From an uncultured Candidatus Rokubacteria bacterium (lineage in GTDB: Bacteria > Methylomirabilota > Methylomirabilia > Rokubacteriales > CSP1-6): 64,000 nucleotides of DNA. Each line of letters opens with the position of its first letter. The stretch's first letter is position 1. The position numbers were made by a program, and so were the translations under genes. The DNA lies in contig CAVWFS010000018.1 in assembly GCA_963754315.1 (NCBI GenBank), positions 64,001 through 128,000 of the forward strand, written 5' to 3'. The notes beneath the pieces were generated by a model. The model was not told where the DNA came from. It did not search any database and saw only the letters and a program-made list of their open reading frames with translations. Shown in pieces: positions 41,424 through 52,052 of the stretch.

Positions 41424-43272
41424 ATGCGTGCTACCCCCTTTCTCCCCCGAGGGTCTTCGATCTGGCTTCCCATCGCGCTGGCTCTCTCGGTCCTGGGTGC
41501 TCACCCCGCCCATTCCCAGCCAGCGCTCGGTATCGAGGTCAGCAGAAACCCCGTGTCACCGGGCGAGAGTGTCAGCATCACCTTTTCCGCCTCGGGGACC
41601 GCGCCGGCCGTCGATCTCTACGTCGGTGTGCTCCTGCCGATGGGATTCAGTAGCATGGTCGGCTGCGCCAGTGGCGATGCGCTGCTCTTTCTGACCCCGC
41701 CCCGGCCATCCGCTGCCGTAGCGGGAACACGGCAGAGTTTCTTCGACACGCGGTGAACGTACCCTTCGGGACCACACCATCGCCCATCGGGATCGCCGTT
41801 CCTTCCGACCGTACCGCCCGGCCCCTATGTGGTCTTCTTCGCCGCGACCTCGACCGGATCGTTGCTGGACGGGACACTCGGTGGCGGCGATCTGGTCGCG
41901 CTGGCGACGACGGTCGTGACCGTGAACGCGCCGGCCGGCGCTGCCACCGACGTCACGATAGTTGATGAACCGGCGACCTCCGAGACGATGATGGCGACAT
42001 TTGGTGGGATCCGGACACATGGGCGCGCCCAGTGGCTCCCGTCGCGGTATGGGGGCGACGGCCGAGGTCGATGAGCCGGGGACCATTCGTGCCAGCGTCG
42101 AGGCCATCAAGTCACCAGACAACATCCCGGTGGAGGTGACAGCGGTGAGGCTCCGGGATGCCGATGGCAGCGAGACGTCGGCCCGGTTCGAGGAGGGGCA
42201 GTTGCGGAGCATGATCGCCAAGAGTGGCCTGGCCTTCGACTTCTCGTGGATCTCCGCGTCACAGGCGGTGGTCTCTGTCGTCACTCCCGGCGGCTCCTCG
42301 CAGACGAATCGGGTGATAAGCTTTCCCGGTGTGCCCGGCGCCCAGGTTGCTGGTCCCTCAGCGCAGCCGCGGGCCGAGCGCGCAGCCCTGACCGTCAACG
42401 TCGAACGCTGCGGGGTTGCGGTCGAGGATGCCGTGGTCACCGCCGACGTCGTGCCGGCCGCCCTGTTGCCAGGAGAGTACCCCGAAGTTGGATACCGACT
42501 GCTCCTCCGGCAGACGTCGCCTGGCGTCTACGAAGGCGGGTTCGCGAACGCGCCGGGCTCCGTCGAGTCGCTCAGCAAGTGCGCGTCGATCGCGGCCAGG
42601 ACCATCAGGCCGTGCGAGATCGGAGCACTGATCGGCGGTGTCATGGCCTCGACGGGCTGTGCGACGCTCGCGCAGGGCATCAAGGAGACACAGGATGGCA
42701 CGCTCGACATGGATGTCCTGGAAGCGTGCCGCTTCGCGGCGGAGGGGCTGGCCGCCGTCTGCGGAGCGCTGTCCAAGGAGACGGCACCGAATGAGATTTG
42801 CCGCTCCGTCCAGGACGTGACGAGCTTCTTTGATCCCGTCGGGGCAAGAATCACGGTCTCGACGAACATACCGTTGGTGACGCAGTTCTTGCGACTCCCG
42901 ACCGGGATCTTTGTCGCTTTCCTTCCCGACTTCCTGACAACGCAGGTCAAGGATGTGCCGGCGGGGACGGGCGATGTCGGCTTCGACTTCCAGTTCGGCG
43001 GGGTTCCACGAGTCGGATCGTTCGGCATCGTTCCGGCCGACCCCGCACCCGGTGAGGAATACGTGGCGACCGCCACCTGCAGTTGCCTGACTCCGGAGTC
43101 GAGGGTGGGCATCAAGGTGGAGGGCTCGGACGGGTTCACCCGCGCGACCGAATGCGTCGGGGAAGACCGGGCGTGCTCCCTCACGGTGCCGGGCGGCGAG
43201 TCAGGGGTCGACGACATCGTCGACAGTGACCATCGACGGTTCTGTTCAGCGAACGATCTCGCTGAGCTTTAG
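41424..43272 (+). CDS. Large secreted Cys-rich hypothetical protein; several frameshifts
   Basis: RBS GGAGGAGG, signal peptide ending AHS; coding-like segments in ORFs 41361-41756, 41829-42074 and 42001-43272. Confidence 0.55.
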
Positions 43273-43318
43273 AGCATCGAGCCAGGCGCAACGGTCGCCG
43301 TGATACCCTTGCTTCACG

Positions 43319-44191
43319 ATGATCACGCACAGTGACGCGGAGTCCTATCGCGAGCGCGGTTACCTCGTGGTGCCCGATGTGCTGGACGCGGCGACGGTGC
43401 AGGCGCTGCGCACGGACCTGACGGAGATCCTCGCCGGCGCCCGCGATGTGACGGCGCACACCGACGTGTACGACCTCGAGCCCGGCCACCGTCCCGGTGA
43501 CCCGCGCGTGCGACGCGTCAAGACACCACACAGGTTCTTCCCGGCCTTCGAGCGCCTCTACCGTCACCCGGGCCTGGTACGGATCCTGACCGCCTTGCTG
43601 GGCCCTCGTGTCCGGTTGCATGGCTCGAAGATCAATCTGAAGGCGCCGCGTTACGGCTCGCCGGTGGAATGGCACCAGGACTGGGCCTTCTATCCGCACA
43701 CCAACGACGACCTCCTGGCCGTGGGCGTGATGCTGGACGACTGCACGAGCGACAACGGGCCCCTCATGGTCGTCCCGGGCTCGCACCGGGGCCCGGTGTT
43801 CGACCACCACGCGAACGGACACTTCTGCGGCGCCGTCGATCCGTCGTCGATCCGGGAGGAGATCGCGCGTGCGGTGCCGCTGACCGGGCGCGCGGGCTGG
43901 ATGAGCTTCCACCATGTGCGCCTGCTGCACGGCTCGGCCCAGAACGTCTCGTCGCTGCCCCGGGCGCTGCTGCTCTACGAGTACGCGGCATCGGACGCGT
44001 GGCCCCTGATGGGTGTGAAGGACCTGGCGGACTTCGACGCGCGTCTGGTGACGGGTCAGCCGACGATCGAGCCGCGCGTCACGCCGGTCCCCGTGCGGAT
44101 GCCGCTGCCGCCGGCGCTCCACCAGGGCTCGATCTACGAGAACCAGACGACGGCGACACGGCGGTATTTCGAGGTGACTGCGGAGCGGTAG
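43319..44191 (+). CDS. Phytanoyl-CoA dioxygenase (PhyH) family Fe/2OG oxygenase
   Basis: WHQD, NGPLMVVPGSH, LLHGS..N. Confidence 0.9.
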   Translation: MITHSDAESYRERGYLVVPDVLDAATVQALRTDLTEILAGARDVTAHTDVYDLEPGHRPGDPRVRRVKTPHRFFPAFERLYRHPGLVRILTALLGPRVRLHGSKINLKAPRYGSPVEWHQDWAFYPHTNDDLLAVGVMLDDCTSDNGPLMVVPGSHRGPVFDHHANGHFCGAVDPSSIREEIARAVPLTGRAGWMSFHHVRLLHGSAQNVSSLPRALLLYEYAASDAWPLMGVKDLADFDARLVTGQPTIEPRVTPVPVRMPLPPALHQGSIYENQTTATRRYFEVTAER

Positions 44192-44215
44192 GCGGCAAGG
44201 CGCCGGTGTCGCCGT

Positions 44216-44995
44216 TCAGCGGGCCTTCCAGTTGGGTTTCCGCTTCTCAGCGAAGGCGCGGGGGCCTTCCACGGTGTCCTCAGAGCGCCGCAGCGCCTCC
44301 ACGTCGGGAAACTGCAGGTTGAGCGCGATGTCCAAGGGATGGCCGAGCCCCTGCATGGCCGCTTGCTTGCTCGCGCGGATCGAGAGGGGGGCACACTCGA
44401 GGATCTCGTGAGCCCACTTCATGGTGGTGGGCATCAGCTCCGGAAGCGGCACGACCTCGTTGACCACGCCCAGCCGATGAGCCTCCTGGGCGGTCATGTG
44501 ACGGCCGGTCAGGATGTAGCCCATGGCGATCTTCTGGGGAATCATGCGCGGCAGACGATGGACGCCACCGGCGCCGGCCATGAGACCCACCCGGGGCTCG
44601 GGCAGCCCGAGGCGGGCATGGTCGGCCGCGATGATGATGTCGCAGGCCAGTGCCATCTCGAACCCGCCGCCCAGCGCATAGCCGTTGATGGCCGCCAGGA
44701 TCGGCTTGGAGCACGTCATGCGTTTGGCGAGACCGCCGAAGCCGGACTCGGCGAAGCGGATCGTGTCGCGCCCGTGCTCGGCGGTAAAGCGCAGATCGTT
44801 GCCGGCCGAGAACGCGCGATCACCGGCGCCGGTGAGGACTCCGACCCACAGCTCGGGATCGCGCTCGAACTCGTTCCAGATTTCGTGCAGCTCGAAGTTG
44901 GCCGGCGGATGGAGCGCGTTCATCCGCTCCGGACGGTTGATGGTCACCACGGCGATGCGGCCCTTCTTTTCGAACGTCGCGAACTGATACGCCAT
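44216..44995 (-). CDS. Enoyl-CoA hydratase family protein
   Basis: RPERMNAL, AFSAGNDL, GGGFE, PEPRVGL, AFAEKRKP. Confidence 0.92.
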   Translation of the reverse strand: MAYQFATFEKKGRIAVVTINRPERMNALHPPANFELHEIWNEFERDPELWVGVLTGAGDRAFSAGNDLRFTAEHGRDTIRFAESGFGGLAKRMTCSKPILAAINGYALGGGFEMALACDIIIAADHARLGLPEPRVGLMAGAGGVHRLPRMIPQKIAMGYILTGRHMTAQEAHRLGVVNEVVPLPELMPTTMKWAHEILECAPLSIRASKQAAMQGLGHPLDIALNLQFPDVEALRRSEDTVEGPRAFAEKRKPNWKAR

Positions 44996-45058
44996 CAGGC
45001 TCTCGCTCCTTCGTACCGTACTCAGCCAGCCACGGGCGCGGGCGGCACGCCTCGGCGG

Positions 45059-45580
45059 CTACGACGCAAAGCGATCACGAGCCAGAGGCGCGCGCACGTC
45101 GGTGCCCGAGAACAGCAACGTGACGATGATCTCGACCGAGGCATTGCCGCCAAGGCCCTGGCAGCCGATGGCTGCTCGTGTGGGCTTGCCGCGCTCGCCA
45201 AACAGCTCCACGAGCAAGTCGGCGGCGCCGTTGATGACGCGAGGCTGATCGCCGAATCCCGGGGCCGAGTTCACGAACCCGAGCAAATGGACAATCTGCT
45301 CCACGCGATCGAGGTCGCCGAGGGCATACTTCACCGCCGCCAAGGTCGTGAGCACGGCGTAGCGGGCCGCCTCGTAACCCTGGGCGACGCTGAGATCCTT
45401 GCCGACCACCCCGGGCAGGTAGGCCTGGCCGTCCTTGCGGGGCGTGGTCCCCGAGAGGTAGAGCAGGTTCTGCATGGGAAAGTGAGAAATGTAGTGGGCC
45501 CCCGACGGGTTCGTGCGATAGAGCGCTTCGAGATCGGGCACGGCCATCCCGAGCTGGGCGAGCGTCTGCTCGACCTTCAT
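45059..45580 (-). CDS. RidA family protein (endoribonuclease L-PSP-like subgroup)
   Basis: LYLSG, GFVNS, QPRVINGAADL, RAAIG, VEI. Confidence 0.85.
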   Translation of the reverse strand: MKVEQTLAQLGMAVPDLEALYRTNPSGAHYISHFPMQNLLYLSGTTPRKDGQAYLPGVVGKDLSVAQGYEAARYAVLTTLAAVKYALGDLDRVEQIVHLLGFVNSAPGFGDQPRVINGAADLLVELFGERGKPTRAAIGCQGLGGNASVEIIVTLLFSGTDVRAPLARDRFAS

Positions 45581-45620
45581 GGTGGTCTCCTCGGTGTCCG
45601 GGGTTCGACCGCGCTGCGGC

Positions 45621-46631
45621 TCAGCGGGTGTTGACGATCTTTTCCCACATCTCGGCGTACTGTTGCCGGTACTGAGGCCAGATCTTCTCCTCGGCCACCT
45701 TGCGAAAGGAGGCCACGTCCGCCTGATTCACCTTCATGCCTTTGGGCTCCAGGATCTCCTTGGCTTTCTGGAAGCTATCCACTGTCTCGGTGACCTCGCG
45801 AATCTTGGCCTGGGTCTCCTTGCCGACGTCGAGGACGAGCTTCTGCTGGTCGGGCGGGAGCCCGCGCCAGATGTCGAGGTTCATGACCAGAACGGTTGGC
45901 CCGTAGTTGTGGTAGGTCATCGACGTGTACTTGGCGACCTCGTAGGCCTTGAGCGCGTTGATGTTGACCACCGGCAGATCGGCACCGTCGATCACGCCTT
46001 GCTGCGCCGCTGGGATCACTTCGCCCCAGGGCATGGGAACCGCGCTGGCCCCGAGGCCGTTCACGGTGTCGGCGAATACGCGGCCCTGCTGCACGCGCAT
46101 CTTGAGCCCCTTCAGGTCGGCGGGGGTCGCAATGGGGCGCCGATTGTTCCAGAAGTGACGGAAGCCATAGTCGTAGAAGAAGAGGACCTTGACCTTGTAC
46201 TTTTTTTGGAACGTCTCGTCGAGATTGCGCCCGATCTCGCCGTTGAACATGGCGTAGGCGTGGTTGTAGTCGCGCACGAGGTAGGGCGTCAGGAAGACGC
46301 ACATCTCGGGGAACACCGTGCAGGCGGCACCGCCCGGGTTACCCATGGCGATGTTGCCGGACTTCACGGCGTCCATGATCTCTAGTTCCTTGGTGAGCAG
46401 GGTGCCGCCGTGAAAGACCGCGTTGAGGGAGCCACCCGAGCGCTTGGTCAGCTCCTCGCACATCCACTTGAAGCCGATCGCGCTCGATTCGGGTGGGGCC
46501 GTGAGGTGCGCGAAGTCGAGCTTCTTCACCCCGGGCTTGGCCTGGCCCGAGGCCGGGCTTTGCCAGCCCACGAGTGACATGGCCGCCACCATCAGGACCA
46601 CCACCGCCGCACCAATGAGCCGCCCTCGCAT
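45621..46631 (-). CDS. dctP: TRAP transporter substrate-binding protein (DctP)
   Basis: Signal peptide, YGFRH, DLKGLKMRV, QGVIDG. Confidence 0.92.
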   Translation of the reverse strand: MRGRLIGAAVVVLMVAAMSLVGWQSPASGQAKPGVKKLDFAHLTAPPESSAIGFKWMCEELTKRSGGSLNAVFHGGTLLTKELEIMDAVKSGNIAMGNPGGAACTVFPEMCVFLTPYLVRDYNHAYAMFNGEIGRNLDETFQKKYKVKVLFFYDYGFRHFWNNRRPIATPADLKGLKMRVQQGRVFADTVNGLGASAVPMPWGEVIPAAQQGVIDGADLPVVNINALKAYEVAKYTSMTYHNYGPTVLVMNLDIWRGLPPDQQKLVLDVGKETQAKIREVTETVDSFQKAKEILEPKGMKVNQADVASFRKVAEEKIWPQYRQQYAEMWEKIVNTR

Positions 46632-46702
46632 GAGTCGTCCTCCTCGGCTTCGACCTCGCTGGCTTGACTTCGACGAGGCCGCAACTCTACCATGCGCGCG
46701 CC

Positions 46703-47230
46703 ATGCGCGGACCACTGAGCTGGATCGCAGCCGTGCCGCACGTCGTGATCACCATCCTCATGGTCGTCGTCATCGTGGACATGCTCGTCGGCGTGTTCCT
46801 GCGCTACGTGATGACCTGGATCTCGGCTACCTTCGACCTGCCCTCCGTGCGGTTCTTCTGGGTGGAGGAGGTCGGGGAATGGTCGCTGGCCTGGCTCACC
46901 TTCATCGGCGCTGCCCTCGGCATCCGCCGGGGTATCCACTTCGCCGTCCATCTCGTCATCGATCGGTTCCCCGCGGCCTGGCGGTCGGCGATTCTCGCCG
47001 GCCAGTGTGTGGTGGTCGTCACCTTCGGGGCGCTGGTGGCCATCTTCGGCTGGCAGGTGGCCGAGCTCAACAGCCAGTCCTTCTCGCCCGCCCTCGTGCT
47101 GAATCTGCGGTGGCTCTACCTGTCCTCGGTCGTCGGCGGTGTGCTCATCGTGATCTACGGTCTCATCGCCCTCGCGGATGTTCTGCGCGGGCGTGAGCCG
47201 TGGGGCGCGCCCTCGGTGGAGCCCCACTAG
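46703..47230 (+). CDS. dctQ: TRAP transporter small permease
   Basis: VFLRY, WVEE, GIHFAV, SPAL; four TM segments. Confidence 0.88.
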   Translation: MRGPLSWIAAVPHVVITILMVVVIVDMLVGVFLRYVMTWISATFDLPSVRFFWVEEVGEWSLAWLTFIGAALGIRRGIHFAVHLVIDRFPAAWRSAILAGQCVVVVTFGALVAIFGWQVAELNSQSFSPALVLNLRWLYLSSVVGGVLIVIYGLIALADVLRGREPWGAPSVEPH

Positions 47231-47232
47231 AC

Positions 47233-48513
47233 ATGGTGGCGGCGGTCGTTGTGAGCTTCGTGGTTCTGGTTGCCTTGTCCACGCCCATCGTGTTTGCCCT
47301 CGGGCTCTCCGGCGTGATCGGCCTCATGCTGGGCAACTTCTCGCTGCAAAAGCTCCCATCGGCGCTCGTGGCCGGCTCGCAGAGCTGGGTGCTCCTGGCC
47401 GTGCCGACCTTTGTCTTTGCCGGGAGCCTCATGGAGCGTTGCGGGATGTCCTACGCCCTCGTCAACCTCGCGCGCGGGCTGGTGGGCTGGGTGCGGGGAG
47501 GGCTCGGCATGTCGGTGGTTCTCGCCGAGTACTTCTTCTCAGGAATCTCCGGCTCCACGATTGCCGACGTCTCCGCCATCGGCTCCATGCTGACGCCGCC
47601 CATGCTGAAGGCTGGCTATCGGCCGGAACACGCGGCATCCCTGGTTGCTTCGGCCACGGCCATGGGCATCCTCGTCCCGCCCGCCATCTTCATGATCGTC
47701 CTCGGCCAGATCATGGACACCTCGGTGGTCGCGATCTTCCTCGGCGGCTTCATTCCGGCCGCCGTGACGGCGGTGTGTCTGTTGACCGTCATCTTCGTCC
47801 AGGCCCACCGCCTGGGCTGGCCCAAGGACGAGCGGCCGACCTGGGCAAGCCTGTCCGTGGCGGGGCGGGCGTCGCTGGTGCCGCTGGTGGTCCCGGTGGT
47901 GATCGTGCTTGGGTTCTTCTTCGGCGTGTTTACGGCGACCGAGGCGGGCGCACTGGTGGCGGCCTATGCGGTGGCAGCCGCCGTCCTCTATTACCGGAAC
48001 GTGACCTTGCGCGAGATGGTGATCTTGCTCCACGAGACCGCGTTGCTGACGGCCGCGGTGATCTTTCTCCTCGCCGTGGCCAGCATCTACCAGTTCCTGA
48101 TGGGGATGCTGGGTGTCCCCGCGTTGCTCGGAGAGATCCTGCGGCCCCTGCATTCGACGCCGTGGCTCTTTCTCGTGGCCGTGTCCGTCCTCGTCATGCT
48201 TTTTGGCATGGTGCTGGAGGGGCTACCGGCGGCGGTCGTGCTCATCCCGGTCGTGTTCCCCATTGCGAAGCAGATCGGCATTCATCCTGTGCACTTCGCC
48301 ACCGTGCTGACCGCGGCGGTGGGCATTGGCCTCTTCCTGCCCCCGATCGGTGTGGGCCTCCTGATGGCGCTGCGCTTCGCCAATATCTCGGTGGGGCGCC
48401 ATTTCCGTGCCTACTGGCCGTATTTGCTTTCGCTCTTCGTTGGCTTGCTGATCCTGATCCTGTTCCCGGAGTTGACGCTCTTCTTGCCGCGTCGGGCCGG
48501 CCTTGTCCGTTGA
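47233..48513 (+). CDS. dctM: TRAP transporter large permease
   Basis: LAVPTFVFAG, SGISGS, ILVPP, FTATEAG, LPPIG. Confidence 0.92.
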   Translation: MVAAVVVSFVVLVALSTPIVFALGLSGVIGLMLGNFSLQKLPSALVAGSQSWVLLAVPTFVFAGSLMERCGMSYALVNLARGLVGWVRGGLGMSVVLAEYFFSGISGSTIADVSAIGSMLTPPMLKAGYRPEHAASLVASATAMGILVPPAIFMIVLGQIMDTSVVAIFLGGFIPAAVTAVCLLTVIFVQAHRLGWPKDERPTWASLSVAGRASLVPLVVPVVIVLGFFFGVFTATEAGALVAAYAVAAAVLYYRNVTLREMVILLHETALLTAAVIFLLAVASIYQFLMGMLGVPALLGEILRPLHSTPWLFLVAVSVLVMLFGMVLEGLPAAVVLIPVVFPIAKQIGIHPVHFATVLTAAVGIGLFLPPIGVGLLMALRFANISVGRHFRAYWPYLLSLFVGLLILILFPELTLFLPRRAGLVR

Positions 48514-48624
48514 CCTCACCCGGGTGCACCTGGTCGTGCCTGGCTATGTGGGCGGCGGGCTCTCACCGCCTCCGACGACCACTTGATCTGGATGACCGTG
48601 CGTGGGTGGCGAGGTCGCCCAGGG

Positions 48625-50907
48625 CTACGCGCGATGAAACAGGTTCAGCGCGGAACCGCGCCGGAACCACTCGAGCTGTGACGCACCGTACGAGTGCCGC
48701 AGCATCAGCGTCTCGGTGGTCCCATCTGCGTGGGCGACGCGGCATTCCACGGGCTTGCCGGGCGCCATGTCAGCAAGGCCCACCAGGCTGAGACGGTCGT
48801 CCTCGCGAATCTTATCGTAGTCGGCCGGGTCGCTGAACGTCAGGGCCAGCAGGCCTTGTTTCTTCAGATTCGATTCGTGAATGCGCGCGAAGGCGCGGGC
48901 GATGACCGCGGCGCCGCCGAGGAGCCGCGGCGAGAGCGCGGCGTGCTCGCGGCTCGAGCCCTCGCCGTAGTTGTGGTCACCGACCACGACCCACTTGACC
49001 CCACGCGCCTTGTAGTCGCGCGCCACCTTCGAGACCATCAGGCCGCGCTCGCCGGTGAACACGTTCTTCGTCTTCCCGGGCTCGCCCGTGTACGCGTTGA
49101 TGGCGGTGAGGAACATGTTGTCGCTGAACTTGTCGAGGTGGCCACGGTAGCGGAGCCACACCCCCGCCGGGGAGATGTGGTCGGTCGTGGTCTTGCCCTT
49201 CGTCTTCAGCAGCACCGGCATGTCGATGAAGTCCCGGCCGTCCCAGGCGGGCCATGGCTCCATGACTTGCAGCCGCTCACTGGTCGGGCTCACGGACACC
49301 GTGACCTTGCTTCCGTCGGCGGGGGGCGCCACGTACATGTTGCGACCACGATCGAAATTGCGCGGGGGGACCTCGGGGGCCGTCTTCGGCGCCTCGAGCG
49401 TGAACGGCTTGCCGTCGCCGCCGACCAGCGTGTCGGTGAGGGGGTTGAACGAGAGCCGGCCCGCTACCGCGAGCGCGGTCACGATTTCGGGGCTGGCGAT
49501 GAAGTTCATCGTGGTCCGCTCGCCGTCGTTGCGCGCGGGAAAGTTGCGGTTGTACGACGTCACGATCGTGTTTGCGACCGTGGCCTCGTCCTTGGCGCGG
49601 CGCCACTGCCCGATGCACGGACCGCACGCGTTGGCGAGCACGGTGGCGTTGATGTCGCGCAGCGATTGCATCTGGCCGTCGCGTTCGATCGTGGCGCGCA
49701 CCTGTTCGGAGCCCGGCGTGACCATGAACGGCGTCGCCACCGTGAGACCATGCGCCTTCGCCTGCTCGGCCACGTCGGCCGCGCGACTCATGTCCTCGTA
49801 GGACGAGTTCGTGCAACTGCCGATGAGGGCGCTCGAGATCTTGTCCAGGAACCCGTTGTCCGCGTCGCGCACTTCGGCGGCGAGCTTGCTGATCGGCCGA
49901 GCGCGGTCGGGGGAGTGGGGCCCGACGACGTGGGGCTCGAGCGTCGAGAGGTCGAGTTCCACCACGACGTCATAATGCTTCTCGGGGTGAGCCTCGACGT
50001 CCGCGTCTGGCGCGAGCAGGGCCTGGTGACGCTCCGCAAGCGGGACCAGGTCCGCGCGACCCGTGGCGCGCAGGTAGTCGGCCATTTTCGCATCGTAGGG
50101 AAACATCGAGGTGGTGGCGCCGAGCTCGGCGCCCATGTTGGTGATGGTCGCCTTGCCGGTGGCGCTGAGCGTCCTGGCGCCGGGGCCGATGTACTCGACG
50201 ATCGCGTTGGTGCCGCCGGACACGGTCAGCTTGCCGGCCACGTAGAGGATCACATCCTTGGGCGCCGTCCAACCGCTCAGTCGGCCCGTGAGGAAGACGG
50301 CGATGTGACGCGGGTAGAGCACCTCCCAGGGCAACCCCGCCATCACTTCCACGGCGTCAGCGCCACCGACACCGACCGAGCAGGCGCCGAGCCCGCCGGC
50401 ATTCGGCGTATGAGAGTCCGTCCCAATGATCAGGGCGCCGGGGAACGCGTAGTTCTCGAGGACGACCTGGTGGATGATGCCTGCGCCCGGGCCCCAGAAC
50501 CCGGCGCCGTACTTGGCCGCCGCCGACTTCAGGAAGTCGTACACCTCCTGGTTCTCGGCGAGCGACTCGCGGAGGTCGCGCTCGCCCTCCACGCGCGCCT
50601 GGATGAGGTGATCGCAGTGAATGGTCGTCGGCACTGCGACACGGTCGCGCCGCGTCTGTCGGAACTGGAGCATCGCGGTCTGGCCGAGCACGTCCTGCAG
50701 GACGACGCGATCGGGCCGCAGGAAGAGGTAGCTGTGGCCGGGGTCCATCTCCTGATGCTCGGGGTCGTCGAGATGCCCGAGAAGCACCTTGTCGGCCAGG
50801 GTGAGCGCGCGGCCGAGCCGCCGGCGAGCGACGACAAGGTTCTTCTCCATCGCCGCGTACATCGTGGCGGCCGCCTCCGGGGTCGTGTCGATCGTTGCCA
50901 TGGGCAT
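48625..50907 (-). CDS. Aconitate hydratase (mitochondrial-type)
   Basis: HCDH, GTDSHT, GSCTNSS, ACGPCIG, NRNF, TTDHISPAG, GSSREHAA. Confidence 0.93.
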   Translation of the reverse strand: MPMATIDTTPEAAATMYAAMEKNLVVARRRLGRALTLADKVLLGHLDDPEHQEMDPGHSYLFLRPDRVVLQDVLGQTAMLQFRQTRRDRVAVPTTIHCDHLIQARVEGERDLRESLAENQEVYDFLKSAAAKYGAGFWGPGAGIIHQVVLENYAFPGALIIGTDSHTPNAGGLGACSVGVGGADAVEVMAGLPWEVLYPRHIAVFLTGRLSGWTAPKDVILYVAGKLTVSGGTNAIVEYIGPGARTLSATGKATITNMGAELGATTSMFPYDAKMADYLRATGRADLVPLAERHQALLAPDADVEAHPEKHYDVVVELDLSTLEPHVVGPHSPDRARPISKLAAEVRDADNGFLDKISSALIGSCTNSSYEDMSRAADVAEQAKAHGLTVATPFMVTPGSEQVRATIERDGQMQSLRDINATVLANACGPCIGQWRRAKDEATVANTIVTSYNRNFPARNDGERTTMNFIASPEIVTALAVAGRLSFNPLTDTLVGGDGKPFTLEAPKTAPEVPPRNFDRGRNMYVAPPADGSKVTVSVSPTSERLQVMEPWPAWDGRDFIDMPVLLKTKGKTTTDHISPAGVWLRYRGHLDKFSDNMFLTAINAYTGEPGKTKNVFTGERGLMVSKVARDYKARGVKWVVVGDHNYGEGSSREHAALSPRLLGGAAVIARAFARIHESNLKKQGLLALTFSDPADYDKIREDDRLSLVGLADMAPGKPVECRVAHADGTTETLMLRHSYGASQLEWFRRGSALNLFHRA

Positions 50908-51068
50908 GTGGCTGCCTCCTCCAAGACTCTCCGCACCGAGGACTATAGCGTAAAGGCGTTCAGCGCCGGTGTCCTTCGCGCCCCCGCCCCTCGGGTCTCC
51001 CGCTGCTTGACAACGCCTCACCTCCGTCCCCACGATATACATGAGCCGTCCGCTCTGGGGGTGCTTCC

Positions 51069-51473
51069 ATGACAATCCGCCTCGACCACCTCATCGTTCC
51101 GTCCCGTAACCCGATCGAAGGGGCAAAGTTTCTCGCGGGCCTCCTCGACGTGCCCTGGGAGGAGCGCCTGGACCCGTTCGCGCCGGTCCACGTCAACGAC
51201 ACGCTCACCCTCGACTTCGCCGATCGCGACACGTTCGAGAGTCACCACTACTGTTTCGGCGTCGGCGACGCCGAGTTCGACGCGATCCTCGGTCGCATCC
51301 AGGCGGCGGGGATCACGTACCGAAGCCGGCCGCGCGGCGAGAACGACATGAGGATCAACACTCGCGTCGGCGGGCGGGGCGTCTACTGGGAGGATGCAGA
51401 CGGGCACCTCTGGGAGATCCTCACGGCCAGCTATGCGCACGCGGGGGCTCCGGCGTTGACCTCGTCCGCGTAG
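51069..51473 (+). CDS. VOC family protein
   Basis: LDHLIV, HHYCF, GGRGVYWEDADGHLWEI. Confidence 0.87.
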   Translation: MTIRLDHLIVPSRNPIEGAKFLAGLLDVPWEERLDPFAPVHVNDTLTLDFADRDTFESHHYCFGVGDAEFDAILGRIQAAGITYRSRPRGENDMRINTRVGGRGVYWEDADGHLWEILTASYAHAGAPALTSSA

Positions 51474-51502
51474 TCGGACAGCCCCGGGAGCAGGAGACCA
51501 CG

Positions 51503-51937
51503 CTAGGTCTTCGGCCTGCTCACCAGGAACGTGACCGACCTTCCGTTGCTGAATCCTGATCCAGTAAGAACCTGGATCAGCTGACGGTTGTCCATTTCCT
51601 CGACGAGCATCGCTGTCGCGACGTAGTTGGGCGCCTGTCCGTCACCCGCCTGGAAGCCTCCGGCGAAGTAGAGCCCTCCATTCTTGACCTGCACGAGACC
51701 TTGCGTCGCGTAGACCGTCCCCGTCGTCGTGAACGTTCCATCCGCGTTGATGATTATCGTGATCGGCCTGCTCTCCGCCAGCAGGCCGCGCGCCGTTCCC
51801 TCCCACGGCCCAGCCACGGTCGCCAGGTCACTCGGCCCGAGGGATTTCACAGAGAGATCGCCGGAGGAACACGCCACCGCGGATAGGGCCAGCGCCACGA
51901 CCAACAACAGGCTTCTCCTGCGATTGTCTGCGCCCAT
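51503..51937 (-). CDS. Hypothetical lipoprotein
   Basis: Lipobox AVA-C, VAGPWEG beta-barrel-like start; RBS GGAGG. Confidence 0.65.
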   Translation of the reverse strand: MGADNRRRSLLLVVALALSAVACSSGDLSVKSLGPSDLATVAGPWEGTARGLLAESRPITIIINADGTFTTTGTVYATQGLVQVKNGGLYFAGGFQAGDGQAPNYVATAMLVEEMDNRQLIQVLTGSGFSNGRSVTFLVSRPKT

Positions 51938-52052
51938 GAGGTTGGTATCCTCCGCCTGGTCTGATGGGCCACTTTACGCCAAGCGGCGGAAGGATGTACA
52001 TGCCGGGACCCGCCCTCCCCAGCAGCGCGGCCAACTCGCCGGGATCGGGGAA

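Noticed and set aside
48694..51072. Long antisense ORFs (also 36690-38213, 2574-4100, 26310-28316, 44339-45634)
   Set aside because: Shadow frames of real high-GC genes with no recognisable motifs
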